From: Clostridia bacterium | GTDB taxonomy: Bacteria; Bacillota; SHA-98; UBA4971 | Direction: 5' to 3' | Length of the DNA: 64,000 nucleotides | NCBI GenBank assembly: GCA_050261175.1 | Contig: JBLNDA010000125.1 | Coordinates: forward strand, 10,343 to 74,342 | Shown here: positions 25,633 through 38,301 of the stretch, one piece after another | Layout: each line of letters begins with the position of its first letter | Position numbering within the stretch: the first letter of the stretch is position 1 | Program-made: the position numbers and the translations under genes | Notes under the pieces: generated by a model | What the model was told of the DNA's origin: nothing | The model's input: only the letters and a program-made list of their open reading frames with translations | The model's database searches: none

Positions 25633-27069
25633 GTGGCTGTGCGGACCCAGATATCAAGGCGGGGGCGCAGACCTGCCCACGCCGCAGCCGTTGTCGCGGC
25701 GGCGGTAGTCCTTGTTGCGGCGACCCTGCTCGCAGGGGCAGGGGCGGCCCACGCTCGCGCCTTGGCGGCTTCCTCCATCGCTGAAGGGGTACGCGTGGCC
25801 GATGTTCCGCTGGGCGGCCTCACGCGCGAGGAGGCGACGCGCGTCTTGACCAGCTTCGTGTCCGAGGTCGTCATGCTGCCGATTACGCTTCTCTGGGAGG
25901 ACGAATCGTGGCAGCTCGAGCCCTCCGACATGGGTGTCGAGGCGGACATATCGACGACCGTGGATCGGGCCATGGCCGTCGGACGAACCGGCTCTTGGCT
26001 GGCGAGATGGAGGGAGAGGAGAGCTGTTGCCGCCTCCGGCCGCGAGATCCCGCTGGTTATCACGGTCGACGAGTACCTCTTCAGGGACATTCTGTTTGAG
26101 CTCGCCGCCGAGATCGACATCCCTGCGGAGAACGCGGGTTTCTCTATAGCTCCCGATGACACTGTCAAGATCCGGCCCGCCGTCGTCGGCCGGCGGCTCG
26201 ATACCAGCGGGCTAGGCGCTGCCATCAAGAAGGGGCTCCTTCAGCGGGAGGAGCGGGTAGTGCGTTTGAACGTGCAGCCGGTCATGCCCCAGGTCACCAC
26301 CGAGCAGCTTGAGGCAATGCGAATCAAGAGGCGTATCGGCGCTTACACCACGAGATTCGCCCCGGACGCCGAGGCGAGGGCGCACAACATCCGCTCTGCG
26401 GCCCAGGCGATCAACGGGGTGCTGGTGGCTCCCGGCGAGGTGTTCTCGTTCAACGCGGCTGTGGGTCCGCGCAGCAAGGAGACGGGCTACCTCGAGGCCC
26501 CGGTGGTGGTCGAAGACGAGCTGGTCCCCGGAGTGGGCGGAGGCATATGCCAGGTCTCGTCCACGCTCTATAACGCCGTACTTCTCGCCGGCCTGGAGAT
26601 CGTGGCGCGCGCGAATCATTCAGTCGCCCCGGCGTACGTGCCGGTCGGACGCGATGCCACCGTCGCTTACGACTACATCGATTTCCGGTTCAGGAACGAC
26701 GGGCCGGGCCACGTGATGATGACGTCCCAAGTCGGGAAGGACTCCGTTACCGTGAAGATATACGGGGACGCGGCTCCCGACCGAGAGGTTATCATCCGCA
26801 CGGAGGTCGAGGAGAAGATTCCCCCGGGCGTCGTCAGGAAAGAAGATCTATCCCTTGCGCCAGGCCAGGAGGCCGTGGACGACGAGGGAACATGGGGCTA
26901 CGTTGTAAGCGTATACCGAATCATCAAGATAGGCGGCGTGGAGAAGAGCAAGGAGCTTGTCTCGCGTGACCGCTACCGACCCAGGGCTAGGCGCGTCCTG
27001 GTTGGTGCGGGGGCGCCCCGGGCGCCTGACCGGGAAACCGCCGCCACCAGCCGAGAACCGAATCACTGA
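25633..27069 (+). CDS. VanW-family protein
   Basis: An N-terminal TM segment, then ...NIRSAAQAINGVLVAPGEVFSFNAAVGPRSKETGYLEAPVV...GGGICQVSSTLYNAVLLAGLEIVARANHS...YDYIDFRFRND. Confidence 0.8.
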   Translation: MAVRTQISRRGRRPAHAAAVVAAAVVLVAATLLAGAGAAHARALAASSIAEGVRVADVPLGGLTREEATRVLTSFVSEVVMLPITLLWEDESWQLEPSDMGVEADISTTVDRAMAVGRTGSWLARWRERRAVAASGREIPLVITVDEYLFRDILFELAAEIDIPAENAGFSIAPDDTVKIRPAVVGRRLDTSGLGAAIKKGLLQREERVVRLNVQPVMPQVTTEQLEAMRIKRRIGAYTTRFAPDAEARAHNIRSAAQAINGVLVAPGEVFSFNAAVGPRSKETGYLEAPVVVEDELVPGVGGGICQVSSTLYNAVLLAGLEIVARANHSVAPAYVPVGRDATVAYDYIDFRFRNDGPGHVMMTSQVGKDSVTVKIYGDAAPDREVIIRTEVEEKIPPGVVRKEDLSLAPGQEAVDDEGTWGYVVSVYRIIKIGGVEKSKELVSRDRYRPRARRVLVGAGAPRAPDRETAATSREPNH

Positions 27070-27140
27070 ACCCGCATGGGACCGGCGCAGGCCCGGCCCC
27101 TGGCGGGGAGGGCGGTGCTCCGGCGGCTGGAGGTGGAAGC

Positions 27141-27386
27141 TTGAGCGAAGGCAGGTTTGACCCGGAGCTTGTCAGGGCTTTCAAATTCTACGGCACCATC
27201 AGCTTCAACATCGCAGGGTCGATGGCTCTGGGGTTTGCCGCAGGCTACGCACTCGACGCCAAGCTGGGGACACGCCCGTGCCTGGCCGTCACGGGGTTCC
27301 TCCTTGGCGCCCTCGCGGGGTTCTGGGGCGTTTACAAACTTGTTATGTCCGAGTTCCACGACAGACCGCCGAAGCCCAAATCATGA
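27141..27386 (+). CDS. atpZ: AtpZ/AtpI-family small membrane protein (ATP synthase gene 1)
   Basis: 81 aa with two TM segments (YGTISFNIAGSMALGFAAGYALD...LAVTGFLLGALAGFWGVY). It is the first gene of the atp operon. Confidence 0.7.
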   Translation: MSEGRFDPELVRAFKFYGTISFNIAGSMALGFAAGYALDAKLGTRPCLAVTGFLLGALAGFWGVYKLVMSEFHDRPPKPKS

Positions 27387-27730
27387 AGTCCGCTGAAGGG
27401 GGACACTTCTGCATGGCAGCAGGGTTACTCGCGGGCGCCCTCCTCGGGGCGCTTGATCTTTTCACGATGGTCCGAATGGCAAGCAAGGCGGCTGCGCTCA
27501 GCCCGGCCCGAGCGTCCACGCTCGTGCGGTGGACGGCCCTCGGTCGCATGGTCCTCATCTTCCTGGTGCTGGCGCTGGGTGCGATGGTCCTGAACCAGCC
27601 GGCCTTCCTGTGCCTGGCAGCGAGCTACATCGGCGTCCGTCTCTGCGGGCTTCTCGTGGTGACCGGGAGGCATCCAGGCGCCCGGGCCCGGCGAGGCCGC
27701 AGCCTGCCTTCCGACAGCCGGGCCGGGTGA
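27383..27730 (+). CDS. atpI: ATP synthase protein I
   Basis: A hydrophobic protein of about 115 aa between atpZ and atpB. The ATG at 27383 overlaps the atpZ stop. The ORF-track start at 27278 is upstream of this. Confidence 0.55.
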   Translation: MKSAEGGHFCMAAGLLAGALLGALDLFTMVRMASKAAALSPARASTLVRWTALGRMVLIFLVLALGAMVLNQPAFLCLAASYIGVRLCGLLVVTGRHPGARARRGRSLPSDSRAG

Positions 27731-27752
27731 CGCCGGGACAGTCTGACGGGCC

Positions 27753-28451
27753 GTGCTTGGCGGCCTAATCGGGGGAGAGGACATGACACACGCTTCGAGT
27801 GAGATCGGCGCGCACCTCGTGCTGCGCTTAGGCATGTTCACGTGTCACCTGGACACCATCATCATGACCTGGATCGTCATGGCCTTGCTCGTGGTGGTGG
27901 CCGTTGTCGCGGGGAGGAGGATGAAAGACGTCCCCGGCGGGCTCCAGAACATGGTGGAGTACGGCGTGGAGGCTTTGTGGGGCCTTGTCGCCGACAACGT
28001 ACCGCCGAGGGCGCGGGGGTGTTTCCCCGTCATCGCGACGCTGTTCCTGTTCATCCTGGCGTCCAACCTCATAGGAGTGGTGCCCGGGATGAAGTCGCCG
28101 ACAGCGGACATCAACGTGACGCTCGCGCTCGCCGCGGTGGTGCTGGGGCTCACGATCTATGCAGGGGCGTCGGTCAAGGGTGTACGGGGGTACATCGTGG
28201 GGTTCGTGAAGCCGAACCCGTTGTTCCTTCCGTTGAACCTGATCGAGCTCTGCACGCGAGCCATCACGCTGGCCCTGCGTCTGTTCGGGAACATCTTCGC
28301 CGGCGACGTGCTCGTCATAATCCTGGGGAAACTCGTCGCGTACGCCGTCCCCGCGGTCGGCCAGGCATTCCACGTGTTTGTGGGAGTGCTCCAGGCGTAT
28401 CTCTTCGTCATGCTGTCCATCGCCTACGTGACAGTGGCGGCGGAGGACTAG
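27753..28451 (+). CDS. atpB: F0F1 ATP synthase subunit a
   Basis: ...LFLFILASNLIGVVPGMKSPTADINVTLALA...ITLALRLFGNIFAGDVLV...VLQAYLFVMLSIAYV. An alternative ATG is at 27783. Confidence 0.93.
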   Translation: MLGGLIGGEDMTHASSEIGAHLVLRLGMFTCHLDTIIMTWIVMALLVVVAVVAGRRMKDVPGGLQNMVEYGVEALWGLVADNVPPRARGCFPVIATLFLFILASNLIGVVPGMKSPTADINVTLALAAVVLGLTIYAGASVKGVRGYIVGFVKPNPLFLPLNLIELCTRAITLALRLFGNIFAGDVLVIILGKLVAYAVPAVGQAFHVFVGVLQAYLFVMLSIAYVTVAAED

Positions 28452-28759
28452 CCACGTGAGGCTTCCGGGGCCCGCTTCGCCTGGCCGGGTCCGGGCGTGA
28501 GCCGTACCGATGGGCCTGGCGGGGCTGCCGCCGGGCCGCGGCCTACGGGCTCTCGGCGTGAGGGCTTTCCGGATCGCGGGGGCTGGCCTCCGAGCCACGG
28601 GGCCCGCCGACCGCACGAGGGCCCGGCGGTGAGCCGGTGGGCCTGGTGAGGACGGCGACACTCAAGGAAAGGTGGAAGATCGCGGGCTCGAGGGAAGCCC
28701 GCATCGGTGTCTGAATCGGCACTCGAGCAAAAAGCGTCAAGCAAGGGAGAGGAATCACC

Positions 28760-29014
28760 ATGACAGAAGTCATGCTTCTGAAGCTCGTTTCGGTAGCTGC
28801 CATTTGCATCATCGTGTGCGTCGCGGCGCTGGTGGCAGGGCTCGGCGACGCCCATGTGGCCGGGAAGGCCGTGGACGGCATAGCGCGCCAGCCGGAAGCC
28901 AAAGCCTCCATCTTCTCGACGATGCTCATAGGCATAGGCCTGGTCGAGGCGACACCCATCATAGCGTTGGTGGTAGCGCTCATCCTCCTTTATGCCAACC
29001 CGTTCATGGGCTGA
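28760..29014 (+). CDS. atpE: F0F1 ATP synthase subunit c
   Basis: [52 protein letters not shown], with a GGGAGAGG RBS. Confidence 0.95.
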   Translation: MTEVMLLKLVSVAAICIIVCVAALVAGLGDAHVAGKAVDGIARQPEAKASIFSTMLIGIGLVEATPIIALVVALILLYANPFMG

Positions 29015-29137
29015 CCACGAGGTGGGCGTGGTGAGCCTGACCACGGGCGACCTGGCGGCGCTCGGCGGCTCCCTGGTCGGGGGCGGTCCGACCGACGTCC
29101 GGGCGCCCGACGGAGGCATTCCGAGGAGGGATGAACC

Positions 29138-29641
29138 TTGATCCAGATCGATATGACCTTTTTCGCAAGCATACTGAACTTCCTTCTGCTCACTGCGCTC
29201 CTTACGTTCTTCCTGTACAGGCCGGTCCGGAAATTCATGATGGACCGCCAGGACCGCATAAAGCGATCCCTCGAGGAGGCGGCGCAGAGCCGCGCCGAGA
29301 GCGCGAAAATGAAGCAGGAGTACGAGTCGCGCCTCGCCCAGGCGAGCCGCGAGGCGCAGGATATCATCGAGAAGGCCGTGGTGCAGGGGGAGCGGGCGCA
29401 GGCCGAGATCCTAGAGGCGGCGCGCAAAGAGGCCAAGGCCATTCTCGAGCAGGCGAGGATCGAGGCGGCCCGCGAGCGGCAGGCGGCGTTCGAGGCTCTG
29501 CGGGATGACATTGTGGATCTCGTCATATCCACCGCGAGCGTGGTCGCCGGGAAGAAGATCGATTCTTCCGACGACGAAGCCGTCGTGAAGCGCCTCCTAG
29601 AAGAGGGCTGGCTCGCCAGCGTTGGGGAGCGGAGACTATGA
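29138..29641 (+). CDS. atpF: F0F1 ATP synthase subunit b
   Basis: An N-terminal TM segment ([27 protein letters not shown]) followed by a long charged helix. It has a TTG start with a GAGGAGGG RBS. Confidence 0.9.
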   Translation: MIQIDMTFFASILNFLLLTALLTFFLYRPVRKFMMDRQDRIKRSLEEAAQSRAESAKMKQEYESRLAQASREAQDIIEKAVVQGERAQAEILEAARKEAKAILEQARIEAARERQAAFEALRDDIVDLVISTASVVAGKKIDSSDDEAVVKRLLEEGWLASVGERRL

Positions 29642-31459
29642 AAGCTATCAGGAAGAAGGCACAGCCGCCGGTCGAAAGGCCTCTGCGCGTCATCGTGAGA
29701 ACCGCGAGGCCTCTCTCCCCGGAACTCGGGGAGCGTATCCGCGCCCACCTGTCAGAGGCCCTGAGACGTCCCGTGGCCCTCTCCTTCGAGCACGATCCCT
29801 CCCTGCTGGGCGGGATTGCGTTTCAGCTGGGCAACACGGTGGTGGACGCGAGCACGAGTCGAGGCCTGGAAGAGCTCAGGGCGAAACTCGCCGAGCACCT
29901 TCGCGTGGCGGTCCCGGTTCCGCCGCCGGAGACTCCCGCCGGCCGCGCCGACCTGCCGCGCGAGGCGCTCAGGTCCGCCATACGCCTGGTCGAGAGCCAG
30001 ACGCCGCTTCCAGTCGTGGAAGAAGTTGGTACCGTCATCGTCGTGGGCGACGGTGTCGCGAGAGTGAGCGGACTTCCGTCGGCCATGGCCGGGGAGCTCG
30101 TGGCCTTCGACGGAGGCGGCGAGGGAATGGTGCTCGACCTGGATGTGGATGCGGTGGGGTGCATCATCTTTAGCGGCGGGGAGAGGATCGTCGAGGGGAC
30201 CGTCGTCCGGTGCACGGGGAGGGTGGCGGACGTGCCTGTGGGGGAAGAGCTGCTCGGGCGCGTGGTGAACCCCCTCGGCGAGCCTCTGGACGGCAAGGGG
30301 CCCATCCTCGCCCGCGCGAGGCGTAACATCGAGGGCCAGGCGCCCGGCATCGCGGATCGAGAACCCGTGAGTGTGCCGCTGCAAACGGGCATTCTCGCCG
30401 TTGACGCCATGGTGCCCATCGGGCGGGGGCAGCGCGAGCTCATCATCGGCGACCGGCAAACGGGCAAGACATCCATAGCGGTGGACGCCATAATCAGTCA
30501 GAGGGGCTCCGGGGTGCTCTGTGTGTACGTGGCCATAGGCCAAAAGGCCTCCAGCATAGCGCAGACCGTCGGCGTGCTCGAGGAGCACGGAGCCCTTCCG
30601 TATACCGTTGTCGTCGCCGCGTCCGCAAGCGACCCCGCGCCGCTTCAGTACATCGCCCCGTACGCGGGCTGCTCCATGGCGGAGCACTTCATGTACAGCG
30701 GCAGGGACGTGCTCATCGTCTACGACGATCTCTCGAAGCACGCGGCCGCACACAGGGAAGTCGCCCTCCTGCTTCGCAGGCCCCCCGGCCGGGAAGCCTA
30801 CCCGGGGGACGTCTTCTACATCCACGGCCGCCTGCTCGAGCGGGCGGCGAAGCTGTCGAAGGAGCGCGGCGGAGGTTCCATGACCGCGCTGCCTATCGTG
30901 GAGACGCTGGCCGGAGACGTGTCGGCATACATCCCGACCAATACCATCTCCATCACGGACGGCCAGATCTACCTCGAGAGCGACCTATTCTTCTCCGGCG
31001 TCCGGCCCGCGGTGAACGTGGGGCTTTCCGTGTCGCGCGTCGGCGGTGACGCGCAGCTGCCTGCGATGCGGGAACTCTCATCCCACCTGCGCCTTGATCT
31101 TGCGCAGTACCGCGAGCTCTCCGCCTTCGCCCAGTTCGGGGCGGACCTCGACAAAGCCACTCAGGCACAGCTTCACCGGGGTGAGCGGATATTGGAGGTC
31201 CTCAAACAATCGAACCACGAGGTTCTCGCCGTCGAGGAGGAGATCGTCATGCTCTTCGCGCTTTCCGGAGAGTGGCTCGACGACGTCCCCGTGGACCAGG
31301 CGAGGTGGTTTGTGAGGGAGTTCCTCGTGCACATCAAGGAAGCGTATCCGTCCCTCATGCGCCGGATACGCGAGACCGGGCGCATCGACGAAGTGAGACG
31401 GGACCTCGGGCGCGCGCTGGGCACGTTCAAGTCGGATTTCGCGGGGGTGATGGGGCGCC

Positions 31460-31476
<17 letters not shown>
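29638..31476 (+). CDS. atpA: ATP synthase delta (C-terminal domain only) fused in frame to the alpha subunit
   Basis: Residues 1-88 resemble the OSCP/delta C-terminus ([65 protein letters not shown]). A Pro-rich linker ([11 protein letters not shown]) follows, then a full alpha subunit: [19 protein letters not shown]...[15 protein letters not shown]...[23 protein letters not shown]. There is no stop codon between the two parts. The ATG overlaps the atpF stop. Confidence 0.85.
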
Positions 31477-34073
<2,597 letters not shown>

Positions 34074-34076
34074 GCC

Positions 34077-34532
34077 GTGTCCAAGACAATGCGGCTTGAG
34101 GTTGTGACGCCCGACAGACTCGAGTTCTCGGGCGACGTGGAATCGATCATAGCTCCAACCGTATCAGGGTACATCGGGATCCTTCCCGGCCACATACCCT
34201 TGATAGCGAGGCTCGCGGTGGGAGTGCTCACGGTACGAATGGGAGCCTCCCGGCTCACCCTGGCCGTGAGTGAAGGATACATGGAAGTCTCGCCGCGCAA
34301 GGTCATCGTCCTCGCGGAAGCCGCGGAGATGCCGGGAGAGATCGATGTGGAGCGGGCGCTCGCGGCCAAACGCCGGGCCGAGGAGATTCTCGCCACGAGC
34401 AAGGAACACTTGGTGTTGGCACGCGCCCGGGCGTCGCTGCAGAAGGCCATCAACCGCCTCAAGGTGGCGAAATACAAGAACGGAAGCGGAAAGGGATCTC
34501 CATCCGCGCCGGAGAAAATAGCAGGAGAATAG
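34077..34532 (+). CDS. atpC: F0F1 ATP synthase subunit epsilon
   Basis: MRLEVVTPDRLEFSGDVESIIAPTVSGYIGILPGHIPLIARL... The alternative ATG is at 34089. Confidence 0.9.
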   Translation: MSKTMRLEVVTPDRLEFSGDVESIIAPTVSGYIGILPGHIPLIARLAVGVLTVRMGASRLTLAVSEGYMEVSPRKVIVLAEAAEMPGEIDVERALAAKRRAEEILATSKEHLVLARARASLQKAINRLKVAKYKNGSGKGSPSAPEKIAGE

Positions 34533-34559
34533 AAGCGGGGCAGAGGAGGGGTCGGGAGG

Positions 34560-35678
34560 ATGAGGATAGACCCGTTCTCCATCGAAAGATGGTTTGGCCG
34601 CTATGAGTTCACGGCCAGGTACAACATAGCCGAAAGCTCCATCGAGCCTTTCACCCTGACGGAACTCGTAGAGCTCTGCGGGACCGACGTTCTGCGCGGA
34701 GACCGTCCCGTCAGCCTGGGGTACACAGACAGCCGCGGCATTCCGGAACTGCGGGAGGAGATCGCCAAGATGTACCCCGGCCGCGGCCCGCAAAACGTGC
34801 TTGTGACCACGGGCGCCATCGAGGCGAACTTCCTCGTCTTTGCCGCATTGCTGGGACCAGGCGACATCGTGATCTCGGAGTTCCCGGCCTACCAGCAACT
34901 GTACGAGGTCCCCCGGTCCCAGGGAGCGGACGTCAAGTTGTGGAGCCTCGACGAGGCAAAGAGCTTCAGGCCCGACATCTCGGAGCTTGAAGACCTGGTG
35001 AAACAAGGCGCGAAGATGATCGTGATCAACCATCCCCACAACCCGACAGGGGCACCCATAGACGCGGGCAGCATGGCCGCGGTTTGCGACATCGCCGAGC
35101 AGCGCGAGGCGGTGCTCCTGTCCGACGAGGTCTACAGGGGGCTGTCCCTTTCAGACGGCGTCGCGTCGCCGTCGGCCCAGAGATTCTCTGACGATGCGGT
35201 GAGCGTCGGGAGCCTGTCGAAAGCGTACGGGCTTTCCGGCCTCCGTATCGGGTGGATAGTTGGTCCCGAAGAGATAATAGAGAAGTGCTGGGCACTCCGC
35301 GACTATACGTCCATATGCCCCGCAGGGCCGTCGCAGCTTCTGGCACTCGCGGCGCTTCGCAGCGCCGACAAAGTGCTCGCCCGAAGCCGGTCCATCGCGC
35401 GCAGGAATTTCGCTGTGCTCGATGAGTGGGTCCGAGCGAATTCAGCGCTCGTCAGGTACGTCCCGCCGAGGGAGGGTGTGGTCGCGTTCGTCAAGTACGC
35501 CGCCGCTGTGCCGTCTCTCGAGATAGCCACGGAACTGGTGACCGAGGACGGGGTCCTGGTGGTGCCGGGATCGTGCTTCGAGATGGAGGGATATCTCAGG
35601 GTCGGGTTCGGCGGGGACACGGGCGTGCTGGAAACCGGACTCGACCTGCTGTCGAAGAGGCTCGCGTCTCGGACATGA
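34560..35678 (+). CDS. Class I/II PLP-dependent aminotransferase
   Basis: ...VINHPHNPTG...SLSKAYGLSGLRIGW (PLP lysine)...RVGFG. Confidence 0.85.
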   Translation: MRIDPFSIERWFGRYEFTARYNIAESSIEPFTLTELVELCGTDVLRGDRPVSLGYTDSRGIPELREEIAKMYPGRGPQNVLVTTGAIEANFLVFAALLGPGDIVISEFPAYQQLYEVPRSQGADVKLWSLDEAKSFRPDISELEDLVKQGAKMIVINHPHNPTGAPIDAGSMAAVCDIAEQREAVLLSDEVYRGLSLSDGVASPSAQRFSDDAVSVGSLSKAYGLSGLRIGWIVGPEEIIEKCWALRDYTSICPAGPSQLLALAALRSADKVLARSRSIARRNFAVLDEWVRANSALVRYVPPREGVVAFVKYAAAVPSLEIATELVTEDGVLVVPGSCFEMEGYLRVGFGGDTGVLETGLDLLSKRLASRT

Positions 35679-35778
35679 TCACCTCTGCCGACATCACGCG
35701 CCTTCGTTGCTATGTGAAGGGGGCCAAGGTATAATACTAGAAGAAGCAGGCACGAGCGCCCAAGAAGAGGAGTTGCCG

Positions 35779-36546
35779 ATGGAGAAAGGCAAGTTCATCG
35801 TCATCGAGGGGATAGATGGCTCCGGTGTCACTACCGAGGCCGTGAAACTGAAAGAGTACATAGCGACAAAGCTCAACCTCCCAGTCCACCTCACCAAGGA
35901 GCCCACAGACGGTCCGGTGGGCGGGCTCATCCGGACGATCCTCGCCAAGAGGGTCGGCGCTCCGTCTCACAACGGGAAGTTCGAGAGCATCGACCCGAGG
36001 TGCTTGGCGCTCCTATTCGCCGCGGACCGCGTAGACCACCTCGAGGTTGACATCCGGCCCAAGCTGGAGGGCGGCGTAGTCGTCATCTGCGACCGTTACG
36101 TCCTCTCCTCCCTCGCCTACCAGTCGCTCAACGTGGACAGGCGTTGGCTTGAACAGATCAACTCCAAGACCATCGTCCCCGATCTCACGGTCTACCTGCA
36201 GGTTCCGCCGCTCGTGGCGGAGCGGAGACGAAACCAGGCAAGATGGCACGTGGAGCTGTACGAGGAGACGCCGAAGCTCGAGAAGGTAGCCGAGCACTAC
36301 CTCGAGGCCATCAGCGAGCTGCGCCGGCGCGGAGAGAGAGTGGAGATCGTCGACGGCAACAGGCCCATGCGCGAGGTGCACCGCGACATCGTGGCGCTGG
36401 TGAAACCGCTTCTAACAACCAAAGCGGGGTCGGCGCGCAAGAAACGTCAGCCGCCCACCGGCGGGCTGCGGCTGGATATGCCGCTTTCAGACGACGACGG
36501 GCCCGAGACGATGGGGGTAGATGCGAAGGAGGCCGTGGTGCGATGA
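35779..36546 (+). CDS. tmk: dTMP kinase-like protein with a C-terminal tail
   Basis: MEKGKFIVIEGIDGSGVTTEAVKL (P-loop)...TKEPTDGPVGGLIR...CDRYVLSSLAYQS. The start is Met25 of ORF 35707, with an AGAGGAG RBS. Confidence 0.8.
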   Translation: MEKGKFIVIEGIDGSGVTTEAVKLKEYIATKLNLPVHLTKEPTDGPVGGLIRTILAKRVGAPSHNGKFESIDPRCLALLFAADRVDHLEVDIRPKLEGGVVVICDRYVLSSLAYQSLNVDRRWLEQINSKTIVPDLTVYLQVPPLVAERRRNQARWHVELYEETPKLEKVAEHYLEAISELRRRGERVEIVDGNRPMREVHRDIVALVKPLLTTKAGSARKKRQPPTGGLRLDMPLSDDDGPETMGVDAKEAVVR

Positions 36547-36845
36547 TCGGTTTCCACCACGAGAAGATCGAGGTGACGCGGTCCGGGGAAAGCCTCGACC
36601 CGGTCAGCCTCAAGTGGAGGGACAAGGAATACAAGATCACGGAGATCAAGAAGATCTGGGAGGACGCCGCGTTCGCCGCGCCCGCGTCGGGCCGCGGCCG
36701 CTCCAAGAGCTGGTGGGACCAGCACGGCAGGCGGTTCTATCGCATCGCGGTTGACAGCGGCCAGACGCTGGACATCTACTTCGATCCAAGGAAGGAAGAG
36801 TGGTACCTGAGCAAGAGCTGGGGCCGGCCCACAGAGGAGACGTAG
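36543..36845 (+). CDS. Hypothetical 100-aa Trp/Lys-rich protein, translationally coupled to tmk
   Basis: MIGFHHEKIEVTRSGESLDPVSLKWRDKEYKITEIKKIWEDAAF...WWDQHGRRFYRIAVDSGQTLDIYFDPRKEEWYLSKSWG. There is an ATGA overlap with the tmk stop. Composition is unlike the Arg/Pro-rich spurious ORFs. I do not confidently recognise a family. Confidence 0.55.
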   Translation: MIGFHHEKIEVTRSGESLDPVSLKWRDKEYKITEIKKIWEDAAFAAPASGRGRSKSWWDQHGRRFYRIAVDSGQTLDIYFDPRKEEWYLSKSWGRPTEET

Positions 36846-36847
36846 AC

Positions 36848-38140
36848 GTGCGCGGCACCTTGTCCCTGGCTTTGTCTTCATACACGCGTAAAGTTCGCCT
36901 GTTCTCGAGTAACGCGAGGCTCTTCCTTTTAGGCAGCGCGCTGGCCTCGGTGCAGTCAGGTATCTTCCAGGTCGTCCTCGCGCTCTATGTCGTCGCTCTC
37001 GGCCATGCCCGCGATTTCCTGGGCGTCATGACAGGGTTCGCCGCTCTCGTCACGGGCATCGCAAGCCTTCCCGCCGCGGCGGTTGCTCGCGCAACCGGCC
37101 ACCGTAAGGCTCTTCTTGTCGGGACAGGCATAGCGGCGCTCGGGGCCGCTGGCGTCTCGCTTTCCTCCACGCGGACCTCCCTTCTGCTCTTCCAGGCGTG
37201 TCTTGGTGCAGGCACCGCCTTTGCCTCCGTGAGCACTGCTCCGTTTCTGGCCGAAAACAGCGGCGACGACGAGCGGGCGTATCTCTTCGGCGTCAACAGC
37301 ACTATGCTCCTGGCCGTGGCGGTGGTGGGGAACTCTCTTGGAGGCGTGTTGCCGGGCGCTTTCGTCGCGCTCGTGCCGGGCTTGTCTCTGTCGCGAGCGG
37401 CGGCGTTCCGTGCGACGATGATAGTGGGAGCCGCCTTCCTCGCGGGGTCCGCCGTGCCGTTGATTGCGCTGAAGGAAGGGAGCTCTCCCGGGATCCGTGA
37501 GGGAGCGTCTCACCTCGCGGAGTGCGCCGGCCGGCCCGCGAGGAAGCACTTCCTCCTCGTGTGGCGGTTCGTTGCGACGTCCGGCGTGATGTCGCTTGGC
37601 GCGGGGATAATGGTGCCCTTCCTCGCGGTGTTCCTCGCCGACAGGGGTGCGAGCTCTTCGATGATAGGGCTCGTGTTCGCAGGATCGATGGTCATGACGA
37701 TGGCGGGAACTCTCCTTGCGCCGGTTCTGGCTGAACGCTGGGGGAAAGTGAAGACTGTCGCTTTCACGCAACTCGCGTCGGTGCCGTTCCTCGTCGGGAT
37801 GGCGCTTGCCGGCGACATCGCGTGGATCGTCCCGGCGATGCTCGTGCGGTCGGCGCTCATGAACATGGCCGGGCCCGTGGACGGCAGCTTCAGCATGGAG
37901 GTGGTTGCTCCCGAAGACCGGGCCCTTCTGAGCAGTCTCCGGGGCATGGCCTGGAACCTCGCCTGGGCCGGAGGGAGCGTGGCCGGAGGGATCATGAGCG
38001 AGCGCTTCGGATACACCGTGCCTTTTCTGACGACAGCGGGCTTGTACCTTGCATCGGCCGTCATGTACGTGCTATTCTTTTCTAAACTGGAGTTGCGCCG
38101 GTCCGGTGTGGCAAGGAGCTACCTCCTTGATGGCCGGTGA
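36848..38140 (+). CDS. MFS transporter
   Basis: About 12 hydrophobic segments. The GTG at 36848 is preceded by GAGGAG and lies directly after the stop of the preceding small ORF. Confidence 0.75.
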   Translation: MRGTLSLALSSYTRKVRLFSSNARLFLLGSALASVQSGIFQVVLALYVVALGHARDFLGVMTGFAALVTGIASLPAAAVARATGHRKALLVGTGIAALGAAGVSLSSTRTSLLLFQACLGAGTAFASVSTAPFLAENSGDDERAYLFGVNSTMLLAVAVVGNSLGGVLPGAFVALVPGLSLSRAAAFRATMIVGAAFLAGSAVPLIALKEGSSPGIREGASHLAECAGRPARKHFLLVWRFVATSGVMSLGAGIMVPFLAVFLADRGASSSMIGLVFAGSMVMTMAGTLLAPVLAERWGKVKTVAFTQLASVPFLVGMALAGDIAWIVPAMLVRSALMNMAGPVDGSFSMEVVAPEDRALLSSLRGMAWNLAWAGGSVAGGIMSERFGYTVPFLTTAGLYLASAVMYVLFFSKLELRRSGVARSYLLDGR

Positions 38141-38301
38141 ACCGCCTTGCCGGGTGGTCAGCTGTGTCCGGGTCCCGACCCTGCGGGAGCCGTGACGCGG
38201 AGCTCCCCGGGAGGACTCAGACTCAGTCTGGGCGGCGGGGGCCTGAGGCGGCCGGCCGGGGCGGCGCGGCGTGGGAGGAGAACCTGGTGGCTGGGGAGCC
38301 G

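Noticed and set aside
29638-29904. Annotating a separate short atpH followed by atpA starting at the GTG at 29905.
   Set aside because: There is no stop codon anywhere between 29638 and 31476, and no SD precedes 29905. The sequence as given encodes a single polypeptide. Possible sequencing error is flagged in the findings instead.
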